DNA of 64,000 nucleotides from Giardia intestinalis (Eukaryota): NCBI GenBank assembly GCA_000002435.2, contig CM018792.1; one strand, 5' to 3'. Shown piece by piece: positions 29,448 to 38,566 of this stretch (position 1 is its first letter; each line of letters starts with the position of its first letter). The notes under the pieces were generated by a model. It saw only the letters and a program-made list of their open reading frames with translations, ran no database searches and was not told where the DNA came from. The position numbers and the translations under genes were made by a program.

Positions 29448-31829
29448 ATGTTGGTAGGATTTCTCCTAGTTTGTGCAACCGTGCTGGCAAAGGACACCGG
29501 GAAGACCGCATGCGAGCTTTCCAACACAGAATGCGCCCAAAACCTGAAGGACGCGGGCTGCAAGACGTGCGTCGGGACGGAGCCTGACCAGACGTGCACT
29601 GAGTGTACAGATCCCTCCCACAATGTACAGATTGACAAGAAGAGTTGCGACGCCAACTGCCCGGAGCACGCCGCGGCCAACTCGAAAGTGTGCGGGTGCG
29701 TCGCTGGGTACCAGCCGACTCCCGGGCAGAACCAGTGCGAGCTTTCCAACACAGAATGCGCCCAAAACCTGAAGGACGCGGGCTGCAAGACGTGCGTCGG
29801 GACGGAGCCTGACCAGACGTGCACTGAGTGTACAGATCCCTCCCACAATGTACAGATTGACAAGAAGAGTTGCGACGCCAACTGCCCGGAGCACGCCGCG
29901 GCCAACTCGAAAGTGTGCGGGTGCGTCGCTGGGTACCAGCCGACTCCCGGGCAGAACCAGTGCGAGCTTTCCAACACAGAATGCGCCCAAAACCTGAAGG
30001 ACGCGGGCTGCAAGACGTGCGTCGGGACGGAGCCTGACCAGACGTGCACTGAGTGTACAGATCCCTCCCACAATGTACAGATTGACAAGAAGAGTTGCGA
30101 CGCCAACTGCCCGGAGCACGCCGCGGCCAACTCGAAAGTGTGCGGGTGCGTCGCTGGGTACCAGCCGACTCCCGGGCAGAACCAGTGCGAGCTTTCCAAC
30201 ACAGAATGCGCCCAAAACCTGAAGGACGCGGGCTGCAAGACGTGCGTCGGGACGGAGCCTGACCAGACGTGCACTGAGTGTACAGATCCCTCCCACAATG
30301 TACAGATTGACAAGAAGAGTTGCGACGCCAACTGCCCGGAGCACGCCGCGGCCAACTCGAAAGTGTGCGGGTGCGTCGCTGGGTACCAGCCGACTCCCGG
30401 GCAGAACCAGTGCGAGCTTTCCAACACAGAATGCGCCCAAAACCTGAAGGACGCGGGCTGCAAGACGTGCGTCGGGACGGAGCCTGACCAGACGTGCACT
30501 GAGTGTACAGATCCCTCCCACAATGTACAGATTGACAAGAAGAGTTGCGACGCCAACTGCCCGGAGCACGCCGCGGCCAACTCGAAAGTGTGCGGGTGCG
30601 TCGCTGGGTACCAGCCGACTCCCGGGCAGAACCAGTGCGAGCTTTCCAACACAGAATGCGCCCAAAACCTGAAGGACGCGGGCTGCAAGACGTGCGTCGG
30701 GACGGAGCCTGACCAGACGTGCACTGAGTGTACAGATCCCTCCCACAATGTACAGATTGACAAGAAGAGTTGCGACGCCAACTGCCCGGAGCACGCCGCG
30801 GCCAACTCGAAAGTGTGCGGGTGCGTCGCTGGGTACCAGCCGACTCCCGGGCAGAACCAGTGCGAGAAGGCCCCTAACACGCAGTGCAATACTCCCAACT
30901 GCAAGACCTGTGACAACCCCAAAACAGACAACGAAATCTGCACCGAATGTAATGATGGCAACTACCTCACCCCGACAAAGCAGTGCACGCAGAGCTGCGG
31001 AACAATAGGAAGCTACTATGATGGAGACAAAGCGTGCGAGCCTTGTGATCCTAGCTGTGCTGGGTGCACCACAAAGGGGCCAGCGAAGTGCACGCTGTGT
31101 CCTCCCGGGAAGAGGCTCCAGTACACCAATGATGATCCTAATCAAGGTGGATCTTGTGTAGATGAGTGCAAAGCAGAGATGGACGGGTGTGCAGAGTGTG
31201 GAGCGATAATCGGCGGTACGAAGTACTGTTCAAAATGCAAGGAAGATAAGTGGGCACCTCAGAATGGCGTGTGCGCTAATTCAGTAACAAGGAATTCATT
31301 CTGCACGAACGCAGCAGGTGGTGTATGCACTCAGTGTGCTGCAGATCATTTCCTTCAAGATGGCGGTTGCTACAAACTCGGCAGACAGCCTGGTGTCCAG
31401 ATATGTGCAGCGGCGGGTCCCAATAGCCTGTGTACTACGTGCGTAAATGGACAGAGACCAGATACCAATACTGGAGCCTGTCCTGTGTGTCCAACAGGCT
31501 GTGACACATGTACAGGGACATCCTCGCGGGCGCCCGAATGCCAATCTTGCCTTCTGGGATACTATTTCGATTCTGATAAAAAACTGTGTGTGAAATGTAC
31601 CGAGAATAGTAGTGCTATTCAAGGTGTTAGCAGCTGTGTGAGCTGCGCTCCTCCATCTAACAATCAAGGATCTGTCGTCTGCTACCTCATAAATGATAGC
31701 GGTAGCACAAACAAGAGTAGCGGGCTCTCCACGGGGGCCATAGCGGGGATCTCCGTTGCTGTGGTCGTTGTTGTGGGGGGTCTCGTAGGGTTCCTTTGCT
31801 GGTGGTTCCTCTGCCGGGGCAAGGCGTGA
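29448..31829 (+). CDS. Variant-specific surface protein (VSP), intact, 793 aa, with six tandem 75-aa repeats
   Basis: ATG at 29448 and leader [14 protein letters not shown]. The body is Cys-rich with many CxxC motifs and the GGCY motif ([10 protein letters not shown]). The C-terminal TM segment is [30 protein letters not shown]-stop, followed by ACTTAGGTAGTGAATGC. The track ORF from 29004 is an upstream in-frame extension with no Met or signal sequence. Confidence 0.85.
   Translation: [793 protein letters not shown]
29511..30860 (+). repeat. Six perfect head-to-tail copies of a 225-bp (75-aa) unit inside VSP1
   Basis: Unit starts are at 29511, 29736, 29961, 30186, 30411 and 30636. The unit is [75 protein letters not shown]. 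The translations are identical in all three + frames and in the two open - frames, which implies nucleotide identity. Confidence 0.95.
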
Positions 31830-31846
31830 CTTAGGTAGTGAATGCT
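31830..31846 (+). promoter_or_regulatory. VSP-conserved 3' element containing an AGTRAAY polyadenylation signal (CTTAGGTAGTGAATGC)
   Basis: It lies immediately after the VSP1 stop. The same motif recurs after VSP2 (33661-33680) and VSP3 (35564-35583). Confidence 0.6.
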
Positions 31847-31896
31847 GTACAATGTGTGATAGAAGGTGATAGTGGGTGATAGTGTGATAATGGAGT

Positions 31897-33660
31897 GTGA
31901 TATGTACAGCAGCCAGTGATGGAGTGTGCACTGCTTGTAACACAGCTAACCAGTACATATTCCAGAACAAGGCTACGACAGTGACCCCTGGTGGGGAGTG
32001 CATACTGTGCCATGATGCCACGGGAGCGAATGAGAACAAGGGAGTGGCTAATTGCCTCAAGTGCACGGCACCAGCTAATAGTCCAGGGGCTGCCACGTGT
32101 ACTGAGTGCATGTCTGGCTTCTCAGGAGACTCGTGTGCTACTCAATGCGGAGGAGACTGTGCCGCCTGTGATAAGAGTAACCAAAATCAGTGCACCTCTT
32201 GTAAGACTGGGAAGTACCTGAAAGAGAATCAATGTGTGGAAAAAAGTGCATGTAACAACAATCACTACCCCGATGACACTAGCATGACCTGCGTCGCCTG
32301 TAGCACCATACAAGATTGCACAGCATGCACAATGGACCAGTCCACGGGGAAGCCAAAGTGCACTAACTGCGGTGCCAGTAAGATCCCCAGGACGACTCTC
32401 GACGGAACCTCGACCTGCGTGACAAAAGGGTATGATCAGTGTCAAGGCACAGATAAGGAGCTGTTCATGAAGGAGGACCAATCGGCGTGCTTATTATGCG
32501 GAGACAATACTGAGGATACATCTGAGTCCAATAAAAACCAGGGAACTCCTAATTGCAAGACCTGTACCAAGACAGCATCCACTAAACCGGTCTGTGAGAC
32601 GTGCAAGGATGGCTTCTTCTTTAATACTGGTGATAAGACATGTACAAACAAGTGCGATGCCACCTGCAAGACGTGCTCTGCTGCTACAGATGCTAACCGA
32701 TGCTTAACTTGTATGCCCGGATACTTCCCCATCGATAGTACAGATCAACAAGGGAAGAAGTGCGTCCCATGCGATAGTGTGGACGACAAGGGTCGCGAAG
32801 GGTGCAGTGTCTGCTCTAACACTGGTGGATTCAAGTGTACTGAATGTAAGGTGAACTATAAGAAGCAGTCCAATGGAGATGCAGGGGATGACTATACATG
32901 TGTGAAGACCTGCGAGGATGAGACTGCCTGCGGGGGTACTTCTGGGGCTTGCGATGCAATAGTGATTGATGCTAATGGAAAGGAGCTTCACTATTGTTCT
33001 TATTGTGGAGAAGCTAATACGTATCCTATAGATGGGAAGTGTAATAGTGCTAAAGCAAATAATCAATGTGATCAAGGTGTATGTACACAATGCACCAACA
33101 ATTACTTCCTGTATATGAATGGTTGTTACAAGGTTAATACAGAACCAGGTAGCCTCATGTGCAAGACATCAAGTAAGGAGGGTGTCTGTACAGAAGCAGC
33201 CAACAATAAGTACTTCCTGGTCCCAGGGGCATCCAACACTGATCAATCCGTGCTAGCTTGTAGTAATCCTCTAGGCACACTAATAGGCACTGATAGTACC
33301 GCTAAGGCATACGTGGGAGTATATGGCTGCTCCCAGTGTACAGCCCCAGTAGCTCCATCTGAGACTGGTATGACCCCCGCTGTCTGTACCTCCTGTGACA
33401 GTGATAAGAAGCCCAACAGGGATGGCACTGGGTGTGTGCTGTGCTCTGACACCAACTGCAAGAGCTGTGTGGTGGACGGTGTGTGTGGGGAGTGCAGTGA
33501 TGGGTACAGTCTAGAGGGTGGCAAGTGCGTGTCCACTGGCGCCAACAGGGGCGGGCTCTCCACGGGGGCCATCGCGGGGATCTCCGTCGCTGTGGTCGTC
33601 GTCGTGGGGGGCCTCGTGGGCTTCCTCTGCTGGTGGTTCGTGTGCAGGGGGAAGGCGTAG
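31897..33660 (+). pseudogene. VSP copy lacking ATG and signal peptide (5'-truncated VSP cassette or pseudogene)
   Basis: The ORF opens directly after the in-frame TAA at 31888-90 as W-S-V-I-C-T-A-A-S-D-G-V-C-T-A-C. The nearest in-frame ATG is far downstream, and only 67 nt separate it from the VSP1 stop. The rest is a complete VSP: CxxC-rich, [44 protein letters not shown]-stop, then GTACTTAGGTAGTGAATGC. Confidence 0.6.
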
Positions 33661-33680
33661 GTACTTAGGTAGTGAATGCT
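33661..33680 (+). promoter_or_regulatory. VSP-conserved 3' element / polyA signal (GTACTTAGGTAGTGAATGCT)
   Basis: It is the same motif as after VSP1 and VSP3, placed right after the stop codon. Confidence 0.6.
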
Positions 33681-33721
33681 ATACAATGGGTGATAGTGTG
33701 ATGATAGTATGATAGTGGAGT

Positions 33722-35563
33722 GTGATATGCACAGCAGCCAAGGATGGAGTATGCACTGCTTGTAATACAGATAGTCAGTACATATTCCAGAACAAGGCAG
33801 ACAAGGTGACCCCTGGTAATGAGTGCATCCTGTGCTCTGATACTAAGGGAGCAGATGGATATACGGGAGTGGCCAACTGCGCCACATGTACAGCGCCAGC
33901 TAGTAGTACAGGACCTGCCACGTGTACAGAGTGCCAAGCAGGGTTCGTTAAGAAGGGTGATGCATGTGAGAAGTGTGATCCGTCCTGTCTGACCTGTGAG
34001 ACATCGGCGGCCCAGTGCACATCGTGTCCAGAGGGGAAGTACCTCAATGGGAATCAATGTGCTGATAACTGTGGTAATGATAAGTATGCTGATCCAGAGT
34101 CGGGAACGTGCAAGGCATGTAGTACAATAACTGATTGCACAGAATGCTCCTTTGACGAAGCTAAGGGGAAGCCGAAGTGCACAGCCTGCGGTAGTCAGAA
34201 GATCCCCAGGACGGCCCTCGACGGGACCTCGACCTGCGTCGATAAAACGCTTGAAGGATGCAAGGGCACTGACAAGGAGCTGTTCATAAAGGAGGACCAA
34301 TCGGCGTGCTTATTATGCGGAGATACTACAGGAACTAACAACGATAAGGGGATTGCTAATTGTAAGACATGCACTAAAACACAAGCTAACGCCGCACCTG
34401 TCTGTGAGACGTGCAAGGAGGGATACATTAAGAAGGGAGCTGATGCGGCCGCCACGTGTGAGGCTTGTCATCAGAACTGTGCCACATGTTCTGAAGCTAC
34501 GACAGAAAATAAGTGCCTGACCTGCAAGGAGGGGTTCTTCCTGGCCGGCACCGGCGAAGGAAAGTGCATCTCGTGCAAAGACGGGGCAGAAGGATCGTAC
34601 AAGGGAGTCCCTGGATGCGCTCGCTGCGACGCCCCGTCTGCTGCTGGACCAGCTGTGTGCAAAGCCTGTGACCACGGGTACTCTTTACAGGGAACAACGT
34701 GTGTGAAGACTTGTGAGGACCCCACGGCTTGTGGCGGGACAGCTGGAGCCTGCGATGCTATAGTAATCGACAATGATGGAGTAGAGCATCATTACTGTTC
34801 CTATTGTGGAGAGAGTGGTAAGTATCCTATCGATGGTCTCTGTGTTGATTCAAATGGAAAGCAAGGAAATACTTGTAACAACCATGTCTGTGAGTCTTGT
34901 ACTACGGGGTACTTCCTATACATGAACGGCTGCTATGATGTGTCGAAGGCTCCTGGCAACCTCATGTGCAAGACAGCAGCCAACGGGGTCTGTACTACTC
35001 CCAATGCCAACAATAGATACTTCATAGTACCAGAGGCACAGGCTACTGATCAGTCCGTGCTAGCCTGTGGCAACCCATTAGGCACATTGATAGGTACTGA
35101 TAGTACCGCTAAGGCATACGTGGGAGTGGATGGCTGCTCCCAGTGTAAAGCGCCAACACAGCTAGACACTCCTGGTATGGCTGCTGCTGTGTGTACCTCT
35201 TGTGACAGTAGTAAGAAGCCCAACAAGGACGGCAGTGGGTGCTTCACATGTGCCGTTAGTGGATGCTCGCACTGCAACAGAGACAACATGTGCGAGGCAT
35301 GTAGTAGTGGTAAGAAGGTGAGCCCTGGGAGGAAGTCATGCGTGGATGGCTGTCCCAGCAACTCCACTGACACCGACTCTGTCTGTGTGTGCAGTGATGG
35401 ATACAGCCCTGATGATGCTGGGACCTCCTGTGTGTCCTCTGGCGCCAACAGGAGCGGGCTCTCCACGGGGGCCATCGCGGGCATCTCCGTGGCTGTCATC
35501 GCTGTCGTGGGGGGCCTCGTCGGCTTCCTCTGCTGGTGGTTCCTCTGCCGGGGGAAGGCATAA
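33722..35563 (+). pseudogene. VSP copy lacking ATG and signal peptide (5'-truncated VSP cassette or pseudogene)
   Basis: The ORF opens after the in-frame TAG at 33713-15 as W-S-V-I-C-T-A-A-K-D-G-V-C-T-A-C. It is 61 nt from the VSP2 stop. The body is CxxC-rich, carries YMNGCYDVS, and ends ...[33 protein letters not shown], followed by GTACTTAGGTAGTAAATGC. Confidence 0.6.
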
Positions 35564-35583
35564 GTACTTAGGTAGTAAATGCG
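35564..35583 (+). promoter_or_regulatory. VSP-conserved 3' element / polyA signal (GTACTTAGGTAGTAAATGCG)
   Basis: It is the same motif, placed right after the VSP3 stop. Confidence 0.6.
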
Positions 35584-35767
35584 TCACTAGTGGTGCAGCT
35601 GCCTGACAAGCGGGTATGCCTCATATACTTCACCAGCCAGCCTGCAACTGGGAGCAGGGGTGGCCGCTCCCCTGCCCCCGAGCGTGCTCTGCACAGCGCC
35701 GTTGACACCGTCATGGCCGGGGACGGTGCACTCGATATTCCGTGTTCGCTCTTGACGAGCTGCATCG

Positions 35768-36450
35768 ATGCGAGGAGGGGTGCTTGATGTGGGCAGTTTT
35801 GGTACTGTCCATGCGATAGGTAGCTATCCAAGACTCAGAGTAGGAAGCTCACGGAGGCCACTGAAGTTGCGCTGGCCACCATTTCCAGACGCTCACACCC
35901 AGGCGTCATTAGGCACTACCGGATGCTCAGAGACGCTCACTCCATCGTCATCGTCATGGACCGCTGGGATCGGTGCCTCAAGATGTGATTGCCGATTGTG
36001 CAAGAACCGGTAACCCTACCGATACAGTGCTCTCCATCATGGAGCAGATCGCCATCATCCTCGCCTACCTTCACGACCCCGACAAGGTCGATGCCAGTAG
36101 AGATGGCAGGCTCAGCTCTTGCGGACTTCGGGCTCTGAAGGATGTCCTGCACAATGGGAGTGCCATTTTGGGAACCAAGCATACATGGCCCCCAAGACCC
36201 ACCTCAGGGGCGAGGCCGGCCCTACGTCAGACGTCGAGTCTTCGGTGCTATTGCCTATGAGCTCTTCACTTTCAAATGCCTGATCTCCTGGGAGCAGCAC
36301 CCGAGGAATGTCTTCGTTAATGGGTGGAAGCTCAGACTGAGTGCAGTTGAAGATGAGTTCACAAGAGCCTCGAGAAAGTGCTCACCAGACTATTCTAGGC
36401 ATTCAGTTCCTCTGCTAGTAGATGTAGTACTCGAGACGTGGACCGGGAAT
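35768..36450 (+). pseudogene. Decayed NEK-like kinase remnant, a paralog of the 28.1 kb copy, with multiple frameshifts
   Basis: Fragments are scattered over three frames: LDVGSFGTVHAIG (Gly loop); HPGVIRHYRMLRDAHSIVIVMDRWDRCLKM (compare NPGVLRHHQVLTDEGFTYIVIDRHDKTLERL); MEQIAIILAYLHDP (compare MKQVAAALAYLHGL); LADFGL; YMAPKTHL. No long ORF survives. Confidence 0.45.
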
Positions 36451-36990
36451 ACAGGTCACTCGATTGCACCTTGTATAGTACCAGTCATGAGGCTGACCCT
36501 CCTAAACACTGGTTTATCAGTAATAAAGAGCAAGCCTTCCAGGAACCTACACCGAGCAATCCCACACTCACAAAGGCTCTCTCACAAGCATGGCTCTAGC
36601 TGCTAGAAGTTGCGTTATCAGACTTTCTAACTCTAGAGCTCGTCAAGCTATAGGTAGTTAGAATTCATTGGGGTTAAGGAGCAAACCATTAAAAGCAACA
36701 AAGTGATTGAGCTCTACTAACAGTTCACCAGCTCAGAGGGAGGTTAGATGGGTGTAGAGCATTAGGGAGGCTAATCGATAAAGAGCTCATTCGGAAATGA
36801 ACACCTGGCAAAGGACGTTACATACCAACTGGCCCGTAGTCGTTGAGAACAGTGGCGCTAACGTCTTAAGAGCGAAAAGTAAATCTTCTACAAATGTACA
36901 TGCTGGCATTCATTAGCTGTGTCCAATGAATAATTAATAAATGACAAATCAACTTGTAATGATTCTAAATCAATTGTCCCTCAAAAACAA

Positions 36991-37548
36991 ATGCACCATC
37001 CGACGATCTACTGGGCGCAACGCAAGGACGTTGTCTACATGAGGCTCTCTGTATCCTCTGCCACAGACGTGAAGTTCAAGATCGCCGAGGAAACGATTCA
37101 CTTTGCTTGCAAGAGTGGTGGGAATGACTATGCCTGCAAGCTCACTCTTTTTGCACCGATCAATCCGGACGAGTCCAAATATAAAGTGACTGGCCCCTGC
37201 ATAGAGTCGATTCTTCAGAAGAAAGAGGCGAGCGATGAGTTTTGGACTAGTTTGACAAAGACCAAGCTGCCTTACGTGCGCATCGATTGGGACCGCTGGG
37301 TCGACGAGGGCGAGGACGAGAACACCGCAGGGGCGCTCCCCAACCCCAACGACATGGATTTTGCTAGTATGATGAAGAACATGGGCGGTGGAATGCCCGG
37401 CCTGGACGGGATGAACTTCGATCCCAGCAACTTCAAGATGCCGGAGGGTGCCGACTTCGGAGATGAGGAGGACGACGACAACAAAGACGAAGAGGACGGG
37501 CCCGACGAGGAGAAGAAGGAGTCTGGCGAAGAGAAGGCAGAGGAGTAA
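36991..37548 (+). CDS. Hsp90 co-chaperone p23 (CS-domain protein; PTGES3/Sba1 homolog)
   Basis: HPTIYWAQRKDVVYMRLSV...DVKFKIAEETIHFAC...YACKLTLFAPINPDESKYKVTGPCIESILQKKE...WTSLTKTK...IDWDRWVDEGEDE...ASMMKNMGGG, plus the acidic tail, is colinear with p23 (PtVlWAQR..v.l.i...d..dv.v.f....l.F.c.g..........l...Idp..Sk.k.t.Rsi.c.L.K.e....WprLtK...k..wL.vDF.nW.D...D...mmnnMGG). Confidence 0.8.
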   Translation: MHHPTIYWAQRKDVVYMRLSVSSATDVKFKIAEETIHFACKSGGNDYACKLTLFAPINPDESKYKVTGPCIESILQKKEASDEFWTSLTKTKLPYVRIDWDRWVDEGEDENTAGALPNPNDMDFASMMKNMGGGMPGLDGMNFDPSNFKMPEGADFGDEEDDDNKDEEDGPDEEKKESGEEKAEE

Positions 37549-37584
37549 ATGCCTGGCAATTATTTACTTGTGCTTGGGACCCGA

Positions 37585-38217
37585 TCAGAGCTTCAAGTTG
37601 AGGGGCCCCTTCCTTGAGATCCTGTGGGCGTTATTCCCGTCATACTGGAGCTCTCCCCTCTCCCTCAAGTCCTCATACTCCTCCTTCGTGAACTCTGTGA
37701 AGCCCCAGTTCCTGGACTCGACGATGGCCTGGCGACCCGGGATCTTGAACTTGGCACGCCTGAGCGCATCCTTTACATAGTCCTTGGCGCTGGCCCTGCA
37801 CCTAACCGAGAGCAGAGGCTGGCCGATGGAGACTCGCGCAACAGTGCCTTGGGGCTTCCCCCACGCTCCACGCATCCCCGTCTGCAAGCGATCGGCGCCA
37901 GCGCACGAGAGCATCTTGTTGATGCGGATCACGTGGAACGGGTGGACACGAATGCGGAGGTGGAACGAATCTTTCCCTGCCTTCTTTGCGATGTACTTGT
38001 TGCAGGCAATACGACACGCCTCCAAAGCTTCCGAGGAGACCTGCTCCTTCTCTCCTGAAAGAAGGTGGAAGCAGTACGGGAAGTCGTTAACCTTCGCCCT
38101 GCGGTTTCCGAGGTCAAAGTATCGGATTTTTGGGTCAGGAACCCCACGGCAGAAGCGCGACTTGGGGTACGGCTTGTTCTTCTGATAGCGGTAGCAACGT
38201 GCTGGTCTGCGTCCCAT
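37585..38217 (-). CDS. RPL10: 60S ribosomal protein L10 (uL16 / QM)
   Basis: [37 protein letters not shown]...[38 protein letters not shown]...[24 protein letters not shown] is nearly motif-for-motif identical to eukaryotic RPL10. The ATG was verified. Confidence 0.95.
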   Translation of the reverse strand: MGRRPARCYRYQKNKPYPKSRFCRGVPDPKIRYFDLGNRRAKVNDFPYCFHLLSGEKEQVSSEALEACRIACNKYIAKKAGKDSFHLRIRVHPFHVIRINKMLSCAGADRLQTGMRGAWGKPQGTVARVSIGQPLLSVRCRASAKDYVKDALRRAKFKIPGRQAIVESRNWGFTEFTKEEYEDLRERGELQYDGNNAHRISRKGPLNLKL

Positions 38218-38301
38218 CTCGGGGGAGTCTTATAAACTCGTATGAAAGTGAATTTAAATTTGTTTACAATTCTTGGAGAGGTGTCGAACAGATGAAGATA
38301 G

Positions 38302-38556
38302 ATGAACATGCTAGAGAGGAATGGCACCATACTTTTTTCCGAGATTGACGATCGCTTAACTAGTCAGCAAATTCGGGAGGCCCTGTTTGTCGCGTGCAGT
38401 AGTTTTGGCCCTGTTCTCCGTGTCTCGTCGAACCGTAAAGCTCTTCGTGGCAAGGCATTTGTCGTCTTTCTTTGCTTTCCAGACGCCGTGGCCTGTGCCG
38501 CACGGCTCCATGGCACTTCGTTCTTGTCAGCCTCTCTCAATGCACAAATAGTCTAG
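38302..38556 (+). CDS. Minimal single-RRM protein resembling the N-terminal RRM of U1A/U2B'' snRNP proteins (84 aa)
   Basis: [66 protein letters not shown] aligns to U1A RRM1: [75 protein letters not shown] corresponds to RNP1. ATG at 38302. Confidence 0.5.
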   Translation: [84 protein letters not shown]

Positions 38557-38566
38557 CATTACCGGA

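Noticed and set aside
29102-31145. Two long minus-strand ORFs (619 and 559 aa) antisense to VSP1.
   Set aside because: They are periodic copies of the 225-bp repeat read in stop-free antisense frames. They are an artefact of the tandem repeat, not genes.
33665-34773. Minus-strand ORFs (211 aa and smaller) antisense to VSP2 and VSP3, and + strand ORFs in alternate frames (for example 35346..35606).
   Set aside because: They come from Cys- and Gly-codon-rich VSP sequence read out of frame. The sense VSP frames carry all diagnostic motifs.
36600-36990. A 390-nt AT-rich intergenic gap before p23, considered as a possible snoRNA or snRNA locus.
   Set aside because: No convincing C/D boxes (RUGAUGA...CUGA with terminal stem) or H/ACA architecture could be discerned by eye. 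It is left unannotated.
37624-38330. ORFs of 144, 133 and 133 aa overlapping RPL10 on both strands.
   Set aside because: RPL10 on the minus strand is a near-perfect match to a universally conserved ribosomal protein. The overlapping frames have no features.
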